From positions 27,711 to 91,710 of IMG/VR virus record IMGVR_UViG_3300036766_000686: a DNA stretch of 64,000 nucleotides; one strand, given 5' to 3'. Of the stretch, positions 1-9,916 are shown piece after piece (position 1 is the first letter of the stretch; every line of letters begins with the position of its first letter). The notes under the pieces are model-generated. The model did no database searches. It was given only the letters and a program-made list of their open reading frames with translations, and was not told the origin of the DNA. Made by a program: the position numbers and the translations under genes. The stretch comes from a virus.

Positions 1-1113
1 AAGTCCTACTTCTCTTAACTTTACTTTGTCTAGCTCCTCGACGATTGAAGCGTCCAAATACTTTCCCAACGCCTCCTCGTGTTGTGATGGCTCTTGAATC
101 TCCAGCCGTTGCTCGTGTTGAAACACAGGAACGTGGCGGGTAAACACGTTGACCCCGCGTTCCTTCAACGCATCGACCTCGCGTTGTAAGTTCGCAAGCG
201 TCACCTTCGCCTCGGCATGGGTCGCAGGGTAATCAATGCGAACATAGTCTCCTTCTCCCACTACCAGTTGCGATTGAAAGCCCCCGCGCTCCCATACCGC
301 AGAAAAGAATCGAGGGGCGACAATGGCAACGCGTTTATGCTCGATACTCGTTCCAGTGAACGTATAAACCGATACCGCTGTTCCGTTGTTACATTCGCCA
401 AAGTCGAGTTGCATTGGAGCGCCAACGTATTCGAAAGTCCGAACCCCCGATACTTCACTATAATTCCTGCGTTGATAAGTATGGAAATGCCCGCTCAGCA
501 CCAGGTCGAAACCTTCGATCAATTCCGAAAGTTCCATCCCTTCATCGCACTCCCACGCCCCATCTCGCATCCCCTTGACGCTTGCGTGAGTTAATAGAAC
601 GTTGCGCGCCGTGACAAAGGAGTTAGATTTTTTGATACCGTCAAGCTCGGCACGCATTTCCGAGAGCGGTGCCCACGATAGCGCATGGAAAGCAACGCCG
701 TCCGCTTTAGAAAACGTGTATCCCTCTCCGCTCTCCATGACGGTTACGGAAGCGCCGTTGACGTGAGGAGCGATCGCGGAGAATACGTCCACGAGCGATC
801 GCCCCCCGTACTTAGTGTGGGCATCGTGATTGCCCGGCAACAGGTAGACCTCGTGTTGTGCCGATAGTTCAAGTATGGCGCTAACCCCCGCGCGTAACGT
901 CACGGCATCAAGGAGACGTTTATCGAATATATCTCCCAAGACCATGATGGCATCGGCATCGAAATCGCGCGCCACTTTCCCGATCTGCTTTACGACCTCT
1001 ATCTGGTCCTTGAGTCTGTCCGTAAGCCCTCGTCCGTCGTCAAGCGGGCGAGCGTAGGGTAGAGCGTTCGAAAAATGAAGGTCAGCGGTGACAACGAGCG
1101 TTAGGTTTTTCAT
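1..1113 (-). CDS. SbcD/Mre11/T4 gp47-like metallophosphoesterase nuclease (3' end runs off the window)
   Basis: Not in the ORF track because it has no stop in the window. Manual translation of the start from ATG at 1113 (ATGA overlap with recA stop) gives MKNLTLVVTADLHFS...VLGDIFDKR, with LPGNHD further on, the calcineurin-like motifs. The same frame is open at the window edge. Confidence 0.85.
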   Translation of the reverse strand, partial: MKNLTLVVTADLHFSNALPYARPLDDGRGLTDRLKDQIEVVKQIGKVARDFDADAIMVLGDIFDKRLLDAVTLRAGVSAILELSAQHEVYLLPGNHDAHTKYGGRSLVDVFSAIAPHVNGASVTVMESGEGYTFSKADGVAFHALSWAPLSEMRAELDGIKKSNSFVTARNVLLTHASVKGMRDGAWECDEGMELSELIEGFDLVLSGHFHTYQRRNYSEVSGVRTFEYVGAPMQLDFGECNNGTAVSVYTFTGTSIEHKRVAIVAPRFFSAVWERGGFQSQLVVGEGDYVRIDYPATHAEAKVTLANLQREVDALKERGVNVFTRHVPVFQHEQRLEIQEPSQHEEALGKYLDASIVEELDKVKLREVGL

Positions 1114-2168
1114 CCCACCACCCCCGTCTCCAGTGCGCTCAGCAGTTTCGCCTTTAGCTCGGGGTTGTCTTTCAGCACCCGCACCATTCCCTCTTCCCCG
1201 TGATAGCTCTCTCCAGCGAACGCGAGCCAGCCTCCGTGGGCGCGTTCGACGATCCCGACCTTCAACGCTTCCTTGAGAATTGAATCCACGTAATCAATGC
1301 CCTTCCCATAAATCACGGTGAACTCCGCACGACGAAACGGAGGGGCGATCTGGTTCTTTGCGATATAAACCTCAACGCGGTTCCCTATCGCTTCCTCGCC
1401 CTCCCCCTTGATCGTGTCCTTGCGGGATACCTGCATCAATAGCGAGGCGTAAAAGCGCGGGGCGTTCCCGCCCGCCGTACGCTCCTTCGACCCGTACATC
1501 ACCCCGATCTTGTCCCGCACCTGAGACACGAGCAACAACGCGATATCCTCGCGGCTCAACATGGGAACGAGTTTCGGCAAGCAACGGCTCCAAACGATCT
1601 GCTCCGGTGTTACCAGTTGTTGATCCCATTCTCCCTCTACCGTTGCCTTCGCTTTGGTGGCGTCGATGGAATCAAGGACAACAAGAATCGGAACCCGCTG
1701 TCCCGAGCTTCGAAACTCCTGAGCAACGTTTACCATGACCTCGATTTTTTCGAACGCTGCCTCAAGGTATCGGGGCTGTAGTATGACCAAGTGATCTGTG
1801 TCCACGCCCAACACCTTCGCATAGTCGGGGTCCAACTTGTGTTCGCTGTCAATGTAGATCGCCATGCCCCCGCGCGCTTGCGCTTCCGCTACACAGTGTA
1901 AAGCCAGTGTCGATTTACCCGCGCCCTCCTTGCCCCACAACATAGTCACCCGACCGAGCGGGATGCCTCCGCGCCCAATCGCTTTGTCGAGCGTTGCGCA
2001 CTGAGTAGAAATTACCCCGCGAATTTTGATCGCCATTCCATCGCTACCGAGGAGCTGCGCGGGGGAGAATTCTTCTCCTCGATTCAACTCCTCGAGTAGC
2101 CGCTCCGCGAAGCCCCCCGGCTTGTGCGCCGGGGAGACCTCGCGTTGTTCCTTCTTGCGGCTTGCCAT
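1110..2168 (-). CDS. recA: RecA recombinase
   Basis: Walker A GKEGAGKST, YIDSEHKLDPDYA, SQVRDKIGVMYG, GGNAPRFYAS, KNQIAPPFR. Confidence 0.95.
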   Translation of the reverse strand: MASRKKEQREVSPAHKPGGFAERLLEELNRGEEFSPAQLLGSDGMAIKIRGVISTQCATLDKAIGRGGIPLGRVTMLWGKEGAGKSTLALHCVAEAQARGGMAIYIDSEHKLDPDYAKVLGVDTDHLVILQPRYLEAAFEKIEVMVNVAQEFRSSGQRVPILVVLDSIDATKAKATVEGEWDQQLVTPEQIVWSRCLPKLVPMLSREDIALLLVSQVRDKIGVMYGSKERTAGGNAPRFYASLLMQVSRKDTIKGEGEEAIGNRVEVYIAKNQIAPPFRRAEFTVIYGKGIDYVDSILKEALKVGIVERAHGGWLAFAGESYHGEEGMVRVLKDNPELKAKLLSALETGVVG

Positions 2169-2176
2169 TGTCTTTC

Positions 2177-3502
2177 CTACTTCCTCTTTTGTTTGGCGAT
2201 ACGGTCAACCTCGGCCTGTATCGCATCAAGTTCGGTGTCCTCGCTGCCGACAGGTTCCGCGGGCGCGTCCTCAACCGCTTCGGGTTCTGCTACAATGTCC
2301 TCAGCCTTCGCTCCTCTTGTCTCGACACGACAGACCTTGGCAAGGTCGCATTTCCCGCAAGCATCGTCGTCCTCAAGGAAATCGCCATAACATTCAGGTC
2401 GCGCCTCGTCTCCCTGTGACTTGCTCGCGGACGTTGTTGCGCGTTCCTTCTCGGCGGACTTAGATCGCAGATCGATCTCCTCGAAACAAGAATCCCCGTC
2501 CTTGCAAGTGCGGCAGATTTTATTTCGAGGCGCTTCCAATCCCACGCCCCAACACTTGCGCCGCTCTTGTGTCGGCGCCTGAGCGAGCGCGGGTGCGGGA
2601 CGTTCGCGTTCGCTCGTGTTGTTTCGCCGCGTCTCGCGCGGCTCTTGTTGTGTCTGCCTGCGACGGTCACGAGGAGGGAACTCGGTAGCTTCCTCTTCCT
2701 CGGCATCAATGCCCAATAGAGCGGCTTCCATCTGATCGGGCGTCTTGATCCAGTTCGCAATCACTCGGAACAAGTCACAGTGGCCGCCCACTCGAACCGC
2801 GTCCTCGATCGCGGCGCGTTGCGCCTCGTCGAACTTCGTCGGCTTCCTAAGCGTGTCCTTGTCGATTGACACTTTATAGTCCGTATTGCTGAAATCCTTT
2901 CCCGTCCTCGACACTTGCAACAACACAACAGGGTCAAGAGCGGTCAAGTCAATGTCGCCCGAATCGTCCATCTCCGAACACACCCCATCAAACACTGTGG
3001 TTCCCGAGAGGTAGACCTTCGGTTCGAAAGGCAAGCGCTTCCAGTCCCGCAATCGCGGAGCCCTGTGGTACATCGGGGTCATGCCTAGTAACCAACGCTT
3101 TGTTCGTCTATGCTTCTCCCCGATACCCGCTACCGCCTCGACCATTTCCTCGCTCAACTTCTCCTTCGACGTTGCGAAGGCTTCACAGATCGGGCAACGC
3201 GTCCTGGGAGTAATGTCGAGGTTCTTGCGCCCCTTGACGTGATCCCGAATCAACGGGTGCAGAATCACGGGATTCCGCTCGGGGTCGAGACACACAACTC
3301 CGCCCTTGCCAACGCCGTAGTGCATCACCACCTGAAGGAAGTTAAGCCCCGCTGTAAAAGCAAAGTCGTCCTCAGAGTGAACTAACCCGTGGAGATAGAC
3401 TTTATAATCCCCTTCATCGAGCTTCCAAAGTTTTCCTCCTCGGTCGCTATCGCTCCGCGCCTCGTCTCGCCGTTGTCGTACTTTGTCTAAATCAATTCCC
3501 AT
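2177..3502 (-). CDS. Phage single-stranded DNA-binding protein (gp32-like) with Cys-rich, acidic C-terminal extension
   Basis: MGIDLDKVRQR N-terminus, HYG..CL..CPICE zinc motif, RTGKDFSNTDYKV, acidic tail; lies between uvsY-like gene and recA. Confidence 0.7.
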   Translation of the reverse strand: MGIDLDKVRQRRDEARSDSDRGGKLWKLDEGDYKVYLHGLVHSEDDFAFTAGLNFLQVVMHYGVGKGGVVCLDPERNPVILHPLIRDHVKGRKNLDITPRTRCPICEAFATSKEKLSEEMVEAVAGIGEKHRRTKRWLLGMTPMYHRAPRLRDWKRLPFEPKVYLSGTTVFDGVCSEMDDSGDIDLTALDPVVLLQVSRTGKDFSNTDYKVSIDKDTLRKPTKFDEAQRAAIEDAVRVGGHCDLFRVIANWIKTPDQMEAALLGIDAEEEEATEFPPRDRRRQTQQEPRETRRNNTSERERPAPALAQAPTQERRKCWGVGLEAPRNKICRTCKDGDSCFEEIDLRSKSAEKERATTSASKSQGDEARPECYGDFLEDDDACGKCDLAKVCRVETRGAKAEDIVAEPEAVEDAPAEPVGSEDTELDAIQAEVDRIAKQKRK

Positions 3503-3556
3503 TTTTTGATCTCCTTATTCTGCTTTGTTCGTTATTCATCTTATTCGCCTATTGAG

Positions 3557-3997
3557 CTACCTCCGCGCGGGGGTGCCCATGTTAATCGCGGCCATTTCCT
3601 CGCGCATCCTCGCGCCCTTGGAGCGCAGGTTCTGCGACTTCTCTTTGAGCGCTACAACGAAATTTTCCAATACCGTTTCATTATATCGGCAATGTGCCTC
3701 GGCTTGTTTGTAGGTCATGAACTTGTCGTCCGATTCGATCGCGGACTTGGTTTTCCACTCGCTCAACTTCGAGTCCTCAACCAACGACTTATGCGCAACC
3801 CCCGCCCGCCACTTCCTATAGAGAGAGTCAAGGATCACCGTCTCGCATCGAGCCGTTGCCAGCAGCGTTCCATAGAAGGCAATCTGGGCCGAGACACGAT
3901 CCATCTCCTCGTCTATGTTCTCCCCGATACCCGCAACCTCCTCCACGTTGATTTCGAACTCCTCTTTGCCCAACTTTACTTTAACTATCGCGTCCAT
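3557..3997 (-). CDS. UvsY-like recombination mediator (helical)
   Basis: 146-aa coiled-coil ending ALKEKSQNLRSKGARMREEM; context next to SSB and RecA. Confidence 0.55.
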   Translation of the reverse strand: MDAIVKVKLGKEEFEINVEEVAGIGENIDEEMDRVSAQIAFYGTLLATARCETVILDSLYRKWRAGVAHKSLVEDSKLSEWKTKSAIESDDKFMTYKQAEAHCRYNETVLENFVVALKEKSQNLRSKGARMREEMAAINMGTPARR

Positions 3998-4256
3998 ATT
4001 CCTTCTCTTTCCTCAGTTGATTGCTTATCCTGAAATATAGCGTCCTCGATTTCTTCTTCCCCTTTGAATCCGAAAACGAAAACACCCCATTTTTGCGGGA
4101 CTTCACAGCATTCCCCGCGTAAACTTCATCAATAACCCTTCGCAACAACTCGTCCCCAATGTCTTTAGAACTCAGCCGCGCGCCACAGCAATTGCAATAC
4201 ATCCTAACGCTCGCGGAAATACGGGTGAGAGGTTTAACCTTACTCATACGCCTCAA
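3981..4256 (-). CDS. Hypothetical small basic protein (CxxC)
   Basis: Fills the gap between dnaE and the uvsY-like gene with short overlaps. Confidence 0.5.
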   Translation of the reverse strand: MRRMSKVKPLTRISASVRMYCNCCGARLSSKDIGDELLRRVIDEVYAGNAVKSRKNGVFSFSDSKGKKKSRTLYFRISNQLRKEKEYGRDS

Positions 4257-7200
4257 CCTTTTCGTGCTTATCGAGTGACCACGCCCCTCCGTCTATCCCG
4301 TGTAAAATCGTCTTGATCAATGCTCCGTTTTTGATGCTAGGTTTCAACTCTCTCCACGAGGACGCGAAACACAAGACGCGCAAAAACTCGCCATTGCAAG
4401 CGAGCCCAAACCTGCCCATCGCACGCCCTTCTTTGTCAAAAAGTTCCGACACCCTCGCCACAACTCCTATCACCTTTGCCCTCTTGTCGCTCAGTCTTAC
4501 AACCCCCGCTCTCCCCAGTTTCTTATCCGCTCGATTATTCCACTCCCTCAAAGTCGCAGGGTGTTCGAGGAACAACTGCTCCGCATAGGACTTAATAGAC
4601 TTGTCGTCCATCAACTTTCGAATGTCCGCTAGATAGTTGATGTAAACATTATGCCACTCCGCAGACACGTCTCCGCAGACAAGCAACGGGACTCCATAAT
4701 CTATGACTGGGCGAAACTCCTCGTATAAGTTCCAATCGAGCTTCGCCCACAACGTCGTTCCGCTTGCGCCCTCCAGCAAGACCTTCAACCACTTTCGGTC
4801 CCACCCCTTGTGCTCTCTCTCCTTCTCAGTCCCGGGAATGTTTTCTGCCAACGTCGTGTCCCCGACAAGTCTTTCCTGAAAATCTTTCACAGCCCCAGCA
4901 AGGTAAACCGTTCCCGTCTCCGCAAACAACTCCTCCGATACATCGAATAAAGCTACCTTGACCTTTTCGTTGATGAATCCTTCAAGGTCCACGAGCGGGT
5001 GGGGCAACATGGCAATAGGATTTATTTCAGCGGCAACCGTCAAGCGTTCCCTCTCGGAATACTGAGGCGCGGAGTGAAGGCGCGCACCAAAAGCTTTAAC
5101 AAACTCCTCCTCTTTCCCTTTTGCCACGTAGGTCCAGAAGGCTTCGAAGTTCTCCACGACCCACTTGGGATTCACGAGCAGCGAATCCAGGGCTCCCGAC
5201 TTCGCCAACACGAGCACCGTTCTCTTTGTAACAGCCCTTCCCCTCCGTCGCAAAAAATCAACAAGGTCAGCGTAAGCGCCCCCCTTACCGCGCTCCTCAA
5301 CGATTGATTGCGCTCCAGCTTCTCCAACCCCTTTGATATGCAACAACGACCCGACAATGCACTCCCCATCTTTGTCGAGGGCAAAGCGGGCGCTGGACTT
5401 GTTGATATCGGGAAAGCGAACTGTGACTCCGTGCCTCTCCGCGTCCTTAGCGTATCGTCTAACCTGATCAAGGTCGGGTTCGTTCGCCAACAACGCCCAA
5501 TAGAACTCCAGCGCCCAATGACATTTCAAATACATGGTCCAATACGAGTGCAACGAATAGGAGACGGCATGGGAGTTATGAGAAACAAGCCCGTTAGCTA
5601 AGGTGAATAAATGATCTCCCCCAACTTCGATATCAACCACCGGTCGCACACCCGCGTCCTCCCAGCGTACAAGTCTCCGATAAGAGTAAGTCCGAAAGGC
5701 GGGTCCTTCAGTATTCGAAGCACAGGAAGTTCCCAAACTTTGCGCAAATTTCCGGATGTGGAAAAGCAGTCTATCGACAAACGAACCAAAGATTTTTTTT
5801 GTTTTATTTTGATCCAACGGTCTAAAGCATCGTCCCTCTCTGCTGTTATCTGAAAACGATCTTCTCCCCATAAAGGTTGGAAATGGTGAAGCCCATCTAC
5901 CTCGATTAAAAAAGGGCCAACGAAATCTACTTGCCGAACCATTGTTCCTATCCGTATTTGGACATTTCTCTTGAAGGTTGATTGATCCAACAAGCTCCAA
6001 ATTTTTTCTTCCATATGAGAAACCGTCTTCCGTCTTATTTCTCCCGTCGCCATTCGTGCCGACAGCCGTCTCCCTATCTCTTGAATTTTTTCCGGGTTTC
6101 TCGTCCGCCACTCTTTTAGGCGCCGCGACCGAGCTTCCAAAATGTCTTGTCGAGAAGAGGTTTTTTTCGCCGTTAGTCTCGCCCACTCGATTATCTTGGC
6201 CCTCTCGGCAGGATCGGCCCACCTCTTGCGACAGTTCTCCGCTCGAATATTCAACTTCACTTGTTGGCATACCGTACAGTGTTTTAAGTGCTCGGTCTTT
6301 TGCGACCTCACTTGAAAACTCTGGCCGCAAAGTGTCTTCCATCCTCCGAACTTTCGTTTCATCGACAAGCAATCCGGACACGTCCGCTGATGGTCGATAA
6401 CTTTTTTCATTCCTCGAAGTTCCTGCCCACACCTCGTCTTGTAGAACACACAAGCCTTCCTCAATAATTTCTCTGGTGCTGCATATCCCTCGTTCGGTTT
6501 GCCATCTGTGCCCGAGAGTGCATACCGTTGTTGAACCATCATCAAACTCCAACCTAACCGTTGGCCTGTATTCAATCGGCCAAATATGAATTACTTTTTG
6601 AGTTGTAGGTTTGCCGTTTAAGAACCCAAATATCTTGTCGCCAGCACGTAACTGCCCGATCTCCTTCTCTCCTTCAACCGTAGCGACTTTTTCGGATATG
6701 TCAATACACTTGTTGAAACCGTATCGTCCGAATTTCACAATGGCATCCCACAACTCGTTTCCCACATGCGCGCTCATATCGGGGGTTCGCTTCGCGCAAC
6801 CATCAAGAAACATCTTGCGAAAATCCTCGATTGCGGCGGCGCCTTCGGACTTGCCGATCTTCTTCCTCAATCTATCAGCTTCCTCAGCAGAGAACCCCGC
6901 TACGTCCGTTGCAATCTTGATCACCTGCTCTTGGAATATCAGCAGCCCGAAAGTTTCCTTCGTAATTGCTCCAACTTTGGGGTGGAATAGTTGCTCCTCT
7001 GTGCGCTCAGGCCTCTCTTGTCGAAGTTTGTACTCCGTAGCGAAATCTTTGGCGCCGGGGCGATTTACTGCGTTTAAGTTCACCACATCGTTAAAGCCCT
7101 TGAACGTAAGCCCCAAGGAACAACGGTGAGCGGACGAACTATCAAACTGAAATACTCCTACGAAATCGTGTCCCGTGAACGCTTCTAGCGTCTTGGGATC

Positions 7201-9126
7201 GTCAAGAGGAATACCGTATAACGCGAACGCGGGGGAGACTTGTTTGATGGCTTGCTCGGCTTCGCTCAGTACCGTCACCGTACGGGAGGATAAGACGTCT
7301 ATCTTAATGAGCCCCAACCCTTCAATGCCTTCCATGTCAAACGCCGTTACCACTCCCTTGTTACGGACCTCGATCGGACAGGTATTAACGATAGGCTCTG
7401 GCGCAACAACAACCCCCGCCGCATGAACGCCAAAGGATTTCGTAAGTCCCTCCAGCGCCACAGCGTGTGCAACCACAGAAGGATTTTCCGCGGCGAACTT
7501 CTTAAAAATGTCCTTGTCTTTTAGCGCCTTCTCGATTGCTCCTCGATCGTCTTGCGGCTCGATAGCGGAGGCGGCAATCGAGACGGACTGGTAAGGAACG
7601 TCAAAAACGCGCGCAACGTCTCGCAATACCGCCTTGCCGTTCATCCTGCCGAGGGTCCCGATCAACGCAACTTTTTCCTCTCCGTACTTCTCCTTCAAAT
7701 ATTCAACGATCTCTCCGCGCCTGTCCGCACTAAAATCAATGTCACAGTCAGGCATGTTGATACGCCCCGGGGAGATAAATCGTTCAAACATCAAGTCAAA
7801 TACGATCGGGTCAACGTCGGTTATCCCGAGTAAATACGAAATGAGGGACCCCGCCGCGCTTCCTCGTCCCGGACCTTTTGCTATCCCATGCTCCCGCGCC
7901 CACCTACATACGTCGTATAAGATCAAGAAGTAATCCACGAATCCGTATTTACCCAGCACCTTCAACTCCCGCGCCACTCGCGCGGTATAACTATCGAACT
8001 GAGCAGAGGGCAGCTTGTCGAGCCCGCGCGCCCTTATCCCCTCCCCCGCTAAGTTTATCAAATACTCAGCAGAGGATAAGAAGGGAGGAGGCAAGGATAC
8101 ATGAGGTAATCGAGCTTTCAAAGGATCAATAACTATTCGCGCGCTACACCTTTCGGCAAGTTCCACAGTATTGCGCAACGATTGTTCCACTAAGTGCTCA
8201 GGAATGTGATGGTGATACTCTGAAAACCCATGCCGCATTTCCTCAGCGGACTTGAGGAAATACTGTGTGCCATCGAATGTAAAGCGATCGTCCGTTGCCA
8301 TCGTCGCCTTCGTGCCTATCGCCAACATGACCTCGTGGTGCGCCGCGTCTTGCTCCCGCAAGTAATGAGCGTCTTGAGTTGCTAACAGTTTGCACTTCCC
8401 GCCCGTCAGTGCCAGACAATCCAACGCGAACTGATTTACCCGTTGTTGCCTTGCCTCGCGTAAATCGTGAGGCATGATTTCAAGGTAAAGGTTCTCCCCG
8501 AAGGTATCGTAAAGCATGGAAAACGCTAAGTCCAAATCTTGTGATCTTTTCTCAATCAACGCTCCATTGATCACCGATCCCGCGCACCCCGTTCCCACAG
8601 CAAGCCCTTTGCTCATAGAGCATAGGAACTGTAAATCTATTCTAGGTTTATAATAGAATCCTTCAAGCCACGCCTTGCTCGATAGTGCATACAAGTTCCT
8701 AAGCCCTTCGTCGTCCAGAGCCCACACCGTCAAGTGTTCAACGCGCCTGATGCCCTTCTCCTTTTCTATCTTCTTAATCTCCTCGCGTGTTCTCTTGCGC
8801 TTACCGGAGAAATCAGGATTTACAACGAATAGCTCCCCGCTCGTTTCTTCTTCGTATTTTTCAGCGTCCTCAAGTCCCCGCTGTTTCATGTCCTTGCCAA
8901 CGTAGAACTCGACGCCATAGACAGGCTTGACCCCATGCTTATTGCACTGAGCGGTCAACAGGTACGCCCCACGGATCGTTCCGTGATCAGTCAACGCAAT
9001 CGCGCCATCTCCTCGCTTCGCCGCAGCTTGAACATAGTCCTCGACACGGGCGCACCCGTCCAGCGCACTCATATCCGAATGAACGTGAAGGTGGACGAAC
9101 TCACCGCCCATAATAACCCTCCGCAA
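4240..9126 (-). CDS. dnaE: DNA polymerase III alpha subunit (family C), intein-containing
   Basis: PHP motifs HLHVHS/ALTDHG, GPGRGSAAGS, PDCDIDF, GVHAAG, GVFQF, YGFNK|intein|SHAVSY. Confidence 0.95.
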   Translation of the reverse strand: MRRVIMGGEFVHLHVHSDMSALDGCARVEDYVQAAAKRGDGAIALTDHGTIRGAYLLTAQCNKHGVKPVYGVEFYVGKDMKQRGLEDAEKYEEETSGELFVVNPDFSGKRKRTREEIKKIEKEKGIRRVEHLTVWALDDEGLRNLYALSSKAWLEGFYYKPRIDLQFLCSMSKGLAVGTGCAGSVINGALIEKRSQDLDLAFSMLYDTFGENLYLEIMPHDLREARQQRVNQFALDCLALTGGKCKLLATQDAHYLREQDAAHHEVMLAIGTKATMATDDRFTFDGTQYFLKSAEEMRHGFSEYHHHIPEHLVEQSLRNTVELAERCSARIVIDPLKARLPHVSLPPPFLSSAEYLINLAGEGIRARGLDKLPSAQFDSYTARVARELKVLGKYGFVDYFLILYDVCRWAREHGIAKGPGRGSAAGSLISYLLGITDVDPIVFDLMFERFISPGRINMPDCDIDFSADRRGEIVEYLKEKYGEEKVALIGTLGRMNGKAVLRDVARVFDVPYQSVSIAASAIEPQDDRGAIEKALKDKDIFKKFAAENPSVVAHAVALEGLTKSFGVHAAGVVVAPEPIVNTCPIEVRNKGVVTAFDMEGIEGLGLIKIDVLSSRTVTVLSEAEQAIKQVSPAFALYGIPLDDPKTLEAFTGHDFVGVFQFDSSSAHRCSLGLTFKGFNDVVNLNAVNRPGAKDFATEYKLRQERPERTEEQLFHPKVGAITKETFGLLIFQEQVIKIATDVAGFSAEEADRLRKKIGKSEGAAAIEDFRKMFLDGCAKRTPDMSAHVGNELWDAIVKFGRYGFNKCIDISEKVATVEGEKEIGQLRAGDKIFGFLNGKPTTQKVIHIWPIEYRPTVRLEFDDGSTTVCTLGHRWQTERGICSTREIIEEGLCVLQDEVWAGTSRNEKSYRPSADVSGLLVDETKVRRMEDTLRPEFSSEVAKDRALKTLYGMPTSEVEYSSGELSQEVGRSCREGQDNRVGETNGEKNLFSTRHFGSSVAAPKRVADEKPGKNSRDRETAVGTNGDGRNKTEDGFSYGRKNLELVGSINLQEKCPNTDRNNGSASRFRWPFFNRGRWASPFPTFMGRRSFSDNSREGRCFRPLDQNKTKKIFGSFVDRLLFHIRKFAQSLGTSCASNTEGPAFRTYSYRRLVRWEDAGVRPVVDIEVGGDHLFTLANGLVSHNSHAVSYSLHSYWTMYLKCHWALEFYWALLANEPDLDQVRRYAKDAERHGVTVRFPDINKSSARFALDKDGECIVGSLLHIKGVGEAGAQSIVEERGKGGAYADLVDFLRRRGRAVTKRTVLVLAKSGALDSLLVNPKWVVENFEAFWTYVAKGKEEEFVKAFGARLHSAPQYSERERLTVAAEINPIAMLPHPLVDLEGFINEKVKVALFDVSEELFAETGTVYLAGAVKDFQERLVGDTTLAENIPGTEKEREHKGWDRKWLKVLLEGASGTTLWAKLDWNLYEEFRPVIDYGVPLLVCGDVSAEWHNVYINYLADIRKLMDDKSIKSYAEQLFLEHPATLREWNNRADKKLGRAGVVRLSDKRAKVIGVVARVSELFDKEGRAMGRFGLACNGEFLRVLCFASSWRELKPSIKNGALIKTILHGIDGGAWSLDKHEKVEAYE
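5575..6708 (-). mobile_element. Intein in DnaE (378 aa), no in-frame endonuclease
   Basis: Starts CIDISEKVAT after GFNK; block B CTLGHRW; ends VVDIEVGGDHLFTLANGLVSHN followed by Ser+1; removal restores GFNK-SHA. Confidence 0.92.
5598..6410 (-). CDS. Vsr/DUF559-like PD-(D/E)XK endonuclease nested in the +1 frame of the DnaE intein
   Basis: Track ORF 5598..6575; likely start ATG 6410 (AGGA 10 nt upstream). CPDC/CTVC zinc motifs, basic helical region, SHMEEKIW..FKRNVQI..VDFV..LIEVDGLHHF..RDDALD. Confidence 0.8.
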   Translation of the reverse strand: MKKVIDHQRTCPDCLSMKRKFGGWKTLCGQSFQVRSQKTEHLKHCTVCQQVKLNIRAENCRKRWADPAERAKIIEWARLTAKKTSSRQDILEARSRRLKEWRTRNPEKIQEIGRRLSARMATGEIRRKTVSHMEEKIWSLLDQSTFKRNVQIRIGTMVRQVDFVGPFLIEVDGLHHFQPLWGEDRFQITAERDDALDRWIKIKQKKSLVRLSIDCFSTSGNLRKVWELPVLRILKDPPFGLTLIGDLYAGRTRVCDRWLISKLGEIIYSP

Positions 9127-9916
9127 TCACGGCAAACGCCTTCCCGCACCTACGCGCCTCGTAAGCTGTAGACATATAAAGTCTAAGCGTTGTAAACCTC
9201 GCCTCCGCAATACGACAACGAAACGGGGGAACACAGTTGTTTAAGCGCTCAGCAATCTCGACACGCCAACGTCTTACCCCGATTATTCTTGTCATCGCCC
9301 CACCCTTCCAATCCTCGAACGTGCAAACAACGCGCGGGGTATGTTCAAGTCTTAGGACTTCACGAGGACGGGTGTCTATGCGATACAGCGACCCTTCGAT
9401 CGCCGCAACATATCTCTCCTCGCCCTTCTCCCCCAACACGTATGCCGCGGGGTGCGCAAGTTCAAGGCCGCTTAGGAAATGCTGGAATAGCTTTTCACCA
9501 CGCCTCTCCATGCGCTCTCGGGCAAAGCGCTCCATCATTTTCGAGCGTCCTCTATCCAATGTCGCCCTCGTCCGCTCCGCGTTTATTCTATCCACCCGCT
9601 CCTCATTCAACGGTCCGACAACGCCTTGCTTCCTCAAGCGCTCGACCCTACGCATCCAACTTTTTATCTGCCCTATCTCCCGCCTTCTGCTTACGAACCT
9701 CTCCGTTTCTATCTCGTTTAGTTTGCAATAAGTTCGGAAGCGTTCACATGCTGTCCGAAACTCACACCTTCCGACGTTGTTTCCTCGCGAAGGCAACCCG
9801 TGTATCGTGTTACGCTTGATGCCTTCGCACCTTTCCGCTCCGATGGCGAACGCGCCGAAGCATCGAGGAACCACGCGTGCGGATATTAACTTGTGTTTAC
9901 TTTTCTTATACTTCAC
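9101..9916 (-). CDS. Hypothetical basic protein with N-terminal Cys motif
   Basis: 271-aa ORF in operon; RCFGAF...C...CEFRTAC. Confidence 0.55.
   Translation of the reverse strand: MKYKKSKHKLISARVVPRCFGAFAIGAERCEGIKRNTIHGLPSRGNNVGRCEFRTACERFRTYCKLNEIETERFVSRRREIGQIKSWMRRVERLRKQGVVGPLNEERVDRINAERTRATLDRGRSKMMERFARERMERRGEKLFQHFLSGLELAHPAAYVLGEKGEERYVAAIEGSLYRIDTRPREVLRLEHTPRVVCTFEDWKGGAMTRIIGVRRWRVEIAERLNNCVPPFRCRIAEARFTTLRLYMSTAYEARRCGKAFAVIAEGYYGR

Noticed and set aside
5598-6575. Nested nuclease ORFs interpreted as group I intron ORFs or simple frameshift errors
   Set aside because: The host frame is continuous with complete intein splice motifs at both ends. An error model needs two compensating indels plus about 250 stop-free codons by chance, twice. 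Read-level confirmation is still advisable.
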